Below are positions 58,986-64,000 of a stretch of DNA of 64,000 nt, one piece after another. Position 1 is the stretch's first letter, and each line of letters starts with the position of its first letter. The notes under the pieces are model-generated. The model ran no database searches. It was not told where the DNA came from and saw nothing but the letters and a program-made list of their open reading frames with translations. A program made the position numbers and the translations under genes. Source of the DNA: Alistipes senegalensis (GTDB lineage: Bacteria; Bacteroidota; Bacteroidia; Bacteroidales; Rikenellaceae); the NCBI GenBank assembly GCA_023664045.1, contig JAMPGH010000001.1, positions 717,693 through 781,692 on the forward strand. The letters are read 5' to 3'.

Positions 58986-59810
58986 ATGGCAGTAAGAAAA
59001 TTTAAGCCTGTTACCGCAGGTACGAGACATAAGATTATCGGCACGTTCGACGAGATCACCAAGTCGACGCCGGAGAAGTCGCTGCTCAGCCCCAAGAAGA
59101 GCTCGGGCGGTCGCAACAACGCGGGTAAGATGACGGTCCGCTACATCGGCGGCGGTCATAAGCAGATGTACCGCAACGTCGACTTCAAGCGCTCGAAGGA
59201 CGGCATCGCCGCTACTGTAAAATCGATCGAGTACGACCCCAATCGTACTGCACGCATCGCCCTTCTGGTGTATGCCGACGGAGTGAAGAGCTATATCATC
59301 GCTCCCAACGGCCTTCAGGTGGGTCAGACCGTGATGAGCGGCGCAGGCGTCGCTCCCGAAGTGGGCAACACGCTCTTCCTGAGCGAGATTCCCCTCGGTA
59401 CGGTCGTCCACAATATCGAACTCTATCCGGGTCAGGGTGCCGCTATGGCGCGCTCCGCTGGCTCGTATGCTCAGCTGCTGGCACGCGAGGGCAAATATGC
59501 CATCATCAAGCTGCCTTCGGGTGAGACTCGCATGGTACTCGTAACTTGCCGCGCTACGGTGGGTGTGGTCTCGAATGTCGATCACAACCTCGAAAGCTCC
59601 GGCAAGGCAGGTCGCGAACGCTGGCTCGGTCGCCGTCCTCACAACCGCGGTGTCGTCATGAACCCCGTGGATCACCCGATGGGTGGTGGTGAAGGTCGCG
59701 CCTCGGGCGGTCATCCCCGTTCGCGCAAGGGTCTGTTGGCTAAGGGTTACAAGACTCGCAACCCGAAGAAGACGACCTCGAAGTTTATTATTTCCAAGAA
59801 GAAAAAATAA
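58986..59810 (+). CDS. rplB: 50S ribosomal protein L2
   Basis: [24 protein letters not shown]. Confidence 0.99.
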   Translation: MAVRKFKPVTAGTRHKIIGTFDEITKSTPEKSLLSPKKSSGGRNNAGKMTVRYIGGGHKQMYRNVDFKRSKDGIAATVKSIEYDPNRTARIALLVYADGVKSYIIAPNGLQVGQTVMSGAGVAPEVGNTLFLSEIPLGTVVHNIELYPGQGAAMARSAGSYAQLLAREGKYAIIKLPSGETRMVLVTCRATVGVVSNVDHNLESSGKAGRERWLGRRPHNRGVVMNPVDHPMGGGEGRASGGHPRSRKGLLAKGYKTRNPKKTTSKFIISKKKK

Positions 59811-59827
59811 TTAAATAAGAGTACATA

Positions 59828-60097
59828 ATGAGTCGTTCATTGAAGAAAGGACCGTTCATCGATCCCAAACTCGAAGCGAAAATCGTCGCACTGGCCGAGG
59901 GTAACAAGAAGGCCGTCGTGAAGACGTGGTCGCGTGCCAGCATGATCTCGCCCGATTTCGTGGGTCAGACCGTCGCCGTGCACAACGGAAACAAGTTCAT
60001 TCCGGTATACGTAACTGAAAACATGGTAGGCCACAAGCTCGGAGAATTCGCTCCCACGCGCAACTTCCGCGGTCATGCCGGCAACAAGAAAAAATAG
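59828..60097 (+). CDS. rpsS: 30S ribosomal protein S19
   Basis: [19 protein letters not shown]. Confidence 0.99.
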   Translation: MSRSLKKGPFIDPKLEAKIVALAEGNKKAVVKTWSRASMISPDFVGQTVAVHNGNKFIPVYVTENMVGHKLGEFAPTRNFRGHAGNKKK

Positions 60098-60103
60098 TAG
60101 ACA

Positions 60104-60514
60104 ATGGGTGCAAGAAAAGCAATGACAGCCAAGAAACTGCAGGCTGAGAAAAAACAGAAGGCGATCGCCATCATGCGCGACTGCCCGACCTCTCCCCGCA
60201 AGATGCGCCTCGTAGCCGACATCATCCGCGGTGTGGAGATCAACCAAGCACTGGGCATCCTTCGCTATTCGAAGAAGGAAGCGTCGATCCGCATGGAGAA
60301 ACTCCTCAAGTCGGCGATCGCCAACTGGGAGGCCAAGAACGAGGGCGAACGTCTGGAAGACGTGAAACTCTGCGTCAAGGAGGTGTTCGTGGACTGCGGC
60401 CGCATGCTGAAGCGCATTCAGCCCGCGCCTCAGGGTCGTGCGCATCGTATTCGCAAGCGTTCGAACCATGTAACGATCGTAGTGGACAAAGTGGTAACCG
60501 AAGAAAACAAGTAA
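60104..60514 (+). CDS. rplV: 50S ribosomal protein L22
   Basis: [22 protein letters not shown]. Confidence 0.99.
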   Translation: MGARKAMTAKKLQAEKKQKAIAIMRDCPTSPRKMRLVADIIRGVEINQALGILRYSKKEASIRMEKLLKSAIANWEAKNEGERLEDVKLCVKEVFVDCGRMLKRIQPAPQGRAHRIRKRSNHVTIVVDKVVTEENK

Positions 60515-60518
60515 GCAG

Positions 60519-61289
60519 ATGGGACAGAAAGTTAATCCGATAGCAAATCGTCTCGGTATCATCCGCGGTTGGGATTCCAACTGGTTCGGCGGCAAGGACT
60601 TCTCCGACAAACTCGTCGAGGATGCCAAGATCCGCAAATATCTGAATGTCCGTCTGGCGAAAGCAAGCATCTCGAAGATCATCATCGAGCGTACGCTGAA
60701 ACTCGTTACGGTAACCATCTCCACGGCCCGTCCCGGTATCATCATCGGCAAGGGCGGTCAGGAAGTCGACAAGCTCAAGGAAGAGCTCAAGAAACTCACC
60801 GGCAAGGAGATTCAGATCAACATCTTCGAAGTGAAGCGTCCCGAAGTAGACGCAGTGATCGTAGGTCAGAACATCGCCCGTCAGCTGGAGGGCCGCGTTT
60901 CGTTCCGCCGCGCCGTGAAGACCGCCGTGGCTTCGACCATGCGCATGGGTGCCGAGGGCATCAAGATTCAGGTCGCCGGCCGTGTGGGCGGCGCCGAAAT
61001 GGCCCGTACGGAGACCATCAAGGAGGGTCGCATTCCGTTGCACACCTTCCGTGCCGACATCGACTACTGCCTGACCGAGGCGCTGACCAAAGTCGGTATT
61101 CTGGGTGTCAAGGTATGGATCTGTCAGGGTACGGTATACGGCAAACGCGACATCTTCGAAATCGCCGGAGCTTCGGCTCAGGCCGCATCGGGCGACCGCG
61201 GCGACCGTCGGGGCGGACGCGGCGGCGATCGCCGGGGCGGAGACCGTCGTGGAGGACGTCGCGGCGAGCGTCGCAACAACAATCAGTAG
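60519..61289 (+). CDS. rpsC: 30S ribosomal protein S3
   Basis: [30 protein letters not shown]; R/G/D-rich tail. Confidence 0.99.
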   Translation: MGQKVNPIANRLGIIRGWDSNWFGGKDFSDKLVEDAKIRKYLNVRLAKASISKIIIERTLKLVTVTISTARPGIIIGKGGQEVDKLKEELKKLTGKEIQINIFEVKRPEVDAVIVGQNIARQLEGRVSFRRAVKTAVASTMRMGAEGIKIQVAGRVGGAEMARTETIKEGRIPLHTFRADIDYCLTEALTKVGILGVKVWICQGTVYGKRDIFEIAGASAQAASGDRGDRRGGRGGDRRGGDRRGGRRGERRNNNQ

Positions 61290-61318
61290 TAAGTAGGACC
61301 TTTTAAAGCAAAACTAAC

Positions 61319-61747
61319 ATGTTACAGCCGAAAAAGACCAAATTTAGAAGAATGCAGAAAGGCCGTATGAAAGGTTTGGCTCAGAGAGGCAACCAGCTTG
61401 CATACGGATCGTTCGCAATCAAGGCACTCGAATCGACCTGGATCACGGGTCGTCAGATAGAGGCGGCCCGTCAGGCCATCACCCGTTACATGAAGCGCGA
61501 GGGACAGCTCTGGATCCGCATCTTCCCCGACAAACCCATCACCAAGAAACCCGCCGAGGTACGTATGGGTAAAGGTAAGGGTAATCCCGAAGGTTTCGTG
61601 GCGCCCGTAACGCCGGGCCGCATCCTCTTCGAAGCCGAGGGAGTGCCTTTGGCAGTGGCGCAGGAAGCGCTCCGTCTGGGTGCGCAGAAACTGCCCATCA
61701 CGACCAAATTCATTGTACGACGCGACTACGTCGAAACCACCATTTAA
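61319..61747 (+). CDS. rplP: 50S ribosomal protein L16
   Basis: [17 protein letters not shown]. Confidence 0.99.
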   Translation: MLQPKKTKFRRMQKGRMKGLAQRGNQLAYGSFAIKALESTWITGRQIEAARQAITRYMKREGQLWIRIFPDKPITKKPAEVRMGKGKGNPEGFVAPVTPGRILFEAEGVPLAVAQEALRLGAQKLPITTKFIVRRDYVETTI

Positions 61748-61759
61748 GGGAGCATGAAG

Positions 61760-61951
61760 ATGAAAAGTGCAGAAATCAAGGATATTTCGATCAAGGACCT
61801 TCAGGAGCGCATCGAGACCGAAAAGGCTCAGCTCGCGAAGCTGAAGGTGCAGCACGCGGTGTCCCCCGTCGAGAACCCGTCGATCATTAAGAAGAACCGC
61901 AGAGACATAGCTCGCATGCTGACGATCCTGCGTCAAAAAAACGCCAAATAA
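61760..61951 (+). CDS. rpmC: 50S ribosomal protein L29
   Basis: ENPSII...RRDIARMLT; operon position; alternative start at 61754. Confidence 0.97.
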   Translation: MKSAEIKDISIKDLQERIETEKAQLAKLKVQHAVSPVENPSIIKKNRRDIARMLTILRQKNAK

Positions 61952-61960
61952 GTAACGACT

Positions 61961-62215
61961 ATGGAAAGAAATCTTAGAAAAGAGCGTATCGGGGTGGTTG
62001 TCAGCAACAAGATGGAGAAGACCATTGTGGTTGCGGTAGCGCGCAAGGTGAAGCATCCCATCTACGGCAAGTTCGTCAACAAAACGACGAAGTTCGTCGC
62101 CGAGTCGCTCGACGAGACCTGCAAGGAGGGCGATACCGTGCGTATCATGGAGACCCGCCCCCTGAGCAAGACGAAGCGTTGGAGATTAGTACAAATCATT
62201 GAAAGAGCCAAGTAA
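61961..62215 (+). CDS. rpsQ: 30S ribosomal protein S17
   Basis: [26 protein letters not shown]. Confidence 0.99.
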   Translation: MERNLRKERIGVVVSNKMEKTIVVAVARKVKHPIYGKFVNKTTKFVAESLDETCKEGDTVRIMETRPLSKTKRWRLVQIIERAK

Positions 62216-62217
62216 TT

Positions 62218-62583
62218 ATGATACAGCAGGAAAGTAGACTCGTAGTAGCTGACAACAGCGGTGCGAAGGAGGTGCTTTGCATCCGGGTGCTCGGCGGCAC
62301 GAAGCGTCGCTACGCCTCGATCGGCGACAAGATCGTCGTCGCCGTGAAGAGCGCTTCTCCCTCGGGCGATGTCAAGAAGGGCGCCGTTTCGAAGGCGGTC
62401 GTCGTACGTACGACCAAAGAGATCAGACGTGCCAACGGTTCGTACATTCGTTTCGACGACAACGCCGTGGTGCTGCTTAACAACCAGGGTGAAATGCGCG
62501 GTACTCGTATATTCGGCCCCGTAGCTCGCGAGCTGCGCGACCAGTATATGAAGATTATCTCCCTCGCACCCGAAGTATTGTAA
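62218..62583 (+). CDS. rplN: 50S ribosomal protein L14
   Basis: [25 protein letters not shown]. Confidence 0.99.
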   Translation: MIQQESRLVVADNSGAKEVLCIRVLGGTKRRYASIGDKIVVAVKSASPSGDVKKGAVSKAVVVRTTKEIRRANGSYIRFDDNAVVLLNNQGEMRGTRIFGPVARELRDQYMKIISLAPEVL

Positions 62584-62603
62584 TCATAAAAACGATTTCG
62601 GAT

Positions 62604-62927
62604 ATGTCAGTCAAATTACATATTAAGAAAGGGGACACGGTTTACGTGAATGCCGGCGACAACAAGGGCCAGCAGGGCAAAGTCCTGAAGGTCGACGTCG
62701 AGAAGCAGCGTGCCATCGTCGAGGGCGTGAACCTTTGCAAGAAGGCCACCAAGCCCAACGCGAAGAATCCTCAGGGAGGTATCGTCGAGCAGGAGGCTCC
62801 GATCCATATCTCCAATCTGCAGGTCATCGACCCCAAGAGCGGAAAACCGACCCGCATCGGTCGCAAACTCGATGACAAAGGTAAATTAGTTCGTTACGCT
62901 AAAAAGTCAGGGGAGGAGATCAAATAA
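62604..62927 (+). CDS. rplX: 50S ribosomal protein L24
   Basis: [20 protein letters not shown]. Confidence 0.99.
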   Translation: MSVKLHIKKGDTVYVNAGDNKGQQGKVLKVDVEKQRAIVEGVNLCKKATKPNAKNPQGGIVEQEAPIHISNLQVIDPKSGKPTRIGRKLDDKGKLVRYAKKSGEEIK

Positions 62928-63487
62928 TGGCATACGTACCTACACTCAAGACACAGTATAAGGAGCAGATCATGCCTGCCCTTATGAAGGAGTTCGGCTA
63001 CTCCAGCATCATGCAGTGCCCGAAACTTACGAAGATCGTCATCAATCAGGGCATGGGTCAGGCTGTCGCCGACAAGAAACTGATCGATGTGGCCGAGGCC
63101 GAGCTGACGCAGATCACGGGTCAGAAAGCCGTGCAGACGCGTTCGCGCAAGGATATCTCCAATTTCAAGCTCCGCAAGGGCATGCCCATCGGCGTGCGCG
63201 TAACGCTGCGCGATGCCAAGATGTACGAGTTTCTGGAGCGTCTGATCGCCGTGGCGCTGCCCCGCATCCGCGACTTCAAGGGTATCAACGAGAAGTTCGA
63301 CGGTCAGGGCAACTACACCCTCGGTATCACCGAGCAGATCATCTTCCCAGAGATCGACATCGACAAGATCACCAAGATTTTCGGCATGGAGATCACGTTC
63401 GTTACCACGGCCAAGACCGACGAGGAGGCTTACGCGCTGCTCCGCGAATTCGGCCTGCCTTTCAAAAACGCTAAAAAGAACAACTAA
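62927..63487 (+). CDS. rplE: 50S ribosomal protein L5
   Basis: [29 protein letters not shown]. Confidence 0.99.
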   Translation: MAYVPTLKTQYKEQIMPALMKEFGYSSIMQCPKLTKIVINQGMGQAVADKKLIDVAEAELTQITGQKAVQTRSRKDISNFKLRKGMPIGVRVTLRDAKMYEFLERLIAVALPRIRDFKGINEKFDGQGNYTLGITEQIIFPEIDIDKITKIFGMEITFVTTAKTDEEAYALLREFGLPFKNAKKNN

Positions 63488-63490
63488 GCC

Positions 63491-63787
63491 ATGGCAAAAG
63501 AATCGATGAAAGCGCGCGAGGTGAAGCGTCAGAAGCTCGCCAACCGCTATGCTCATAAACGCGAAGAGATTGCAGCCAAGGTGAAAGCCGGCGAAATGGA
63601 CCACGAGGAGGCTTGGATCGCCCTGTCGAAACTGCCCCGCAACTCGAATCCCATTCGCCAGCACAACCGCTGCAAGATCACGGGTCGTCCCAAAGGTTAC
63701 ATCCGCCTGTTCGGCATCAGCCGTATTCAGTTCCGTGAGATGGCCTCGAAGGGTCTGATTCCGGGCGTTACGAAAGCGAGCTGGTAA
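63491..63787 (+). CDS. rpsN: 30S ribosomal protein S14 (long, non-zinc-ribbon type)
   Basis: [29 protein letters not shown]. Confidence 0.99.
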   Translation: MAKESMKAREVKRQKLANRYAHKREEIAAKVKAGEMDHEEAWIALSKLPRNSNPIRQHNRCKITGRPKGYIRLFGISRIQFREMASKGLIPGVTKASW

Positions 63788-64000
63788 GACCGCGTTCGCC
63801 GGAGGGGGCGAGAAGGAGGGGCCGGGAGAAGTCGGGTGAGACTGTGAAGAACCGGGTCGTCTTTCGAGAGCCCTGCGGTCGAATGAGAGACACAGAAGGA
63901 TCGAGGATGAAAAGTCGAACGGTTTTTCATTCTTGATTCTTTGATACGAAGGTCGTTGCATCCGGAAGGTGCATAGCCTGTGGCCGCCGAGAGAAGGGGA

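Noticed and set aside
61190-61275. GDRRGG-type repeats at the end of rpsC
   Set aside because: Low-complexity S3 tails are common; the frame is intact

Overview
GC-rich (roughly 60%) Bacteroidota chromosome segment. Gene content, protein sequences and TAnnTTTG promoters suggest Alistipes/Rikenellaceae (inference). From left to right: (1) the end of a GH5-GH3-uxuB-uxuA operon that closes with a collapsed GH18 remnant; (2) a GNAT gene and a divergent NTF2-like/HxlR pair; (3) a ~30 kb divergently transcribed polysaccharide utilization locus (PUL). Its left arm is GH3-PA14, GH2, GH97 and an O-acetylesterase. Its right arm is SusC, SusD, a repeat lipoprotein, a phosphodiester-glycosidase lipoprotein, GH43, a CotH-kinase lipoprotein, a hybrid two-component system (HTCS), GH65, GH31 and GalM, ending at tRNA-Thr(CGT), whose 3' end is duplicated; (4) housekeeping genes (M48 peptidase, tdk, murA, O-acetyltransferase, rpmH, DUF4924-like, PiT transporter, EF-G2, pepP, esterase, leuS, GH43); (5) the str-S10-spc ribosomal operon from rpsL to rpsN. 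The best candidate for a new system is the PUL. It couples a surface CotH-family kinase and an altered phosphodiester glycosidase to candidate galactofuranosidases and alpha-1,2/1,3-glucosidases, which suggests a phosphorylated, acetylated microbial surface glycan as substrate. Mirror-image 21-bp-period operator repeats sit at both divergent promoters. No CRISPR array, integrase or transposase was seen. All family calls come from motif recognition by eye; no database search was run.
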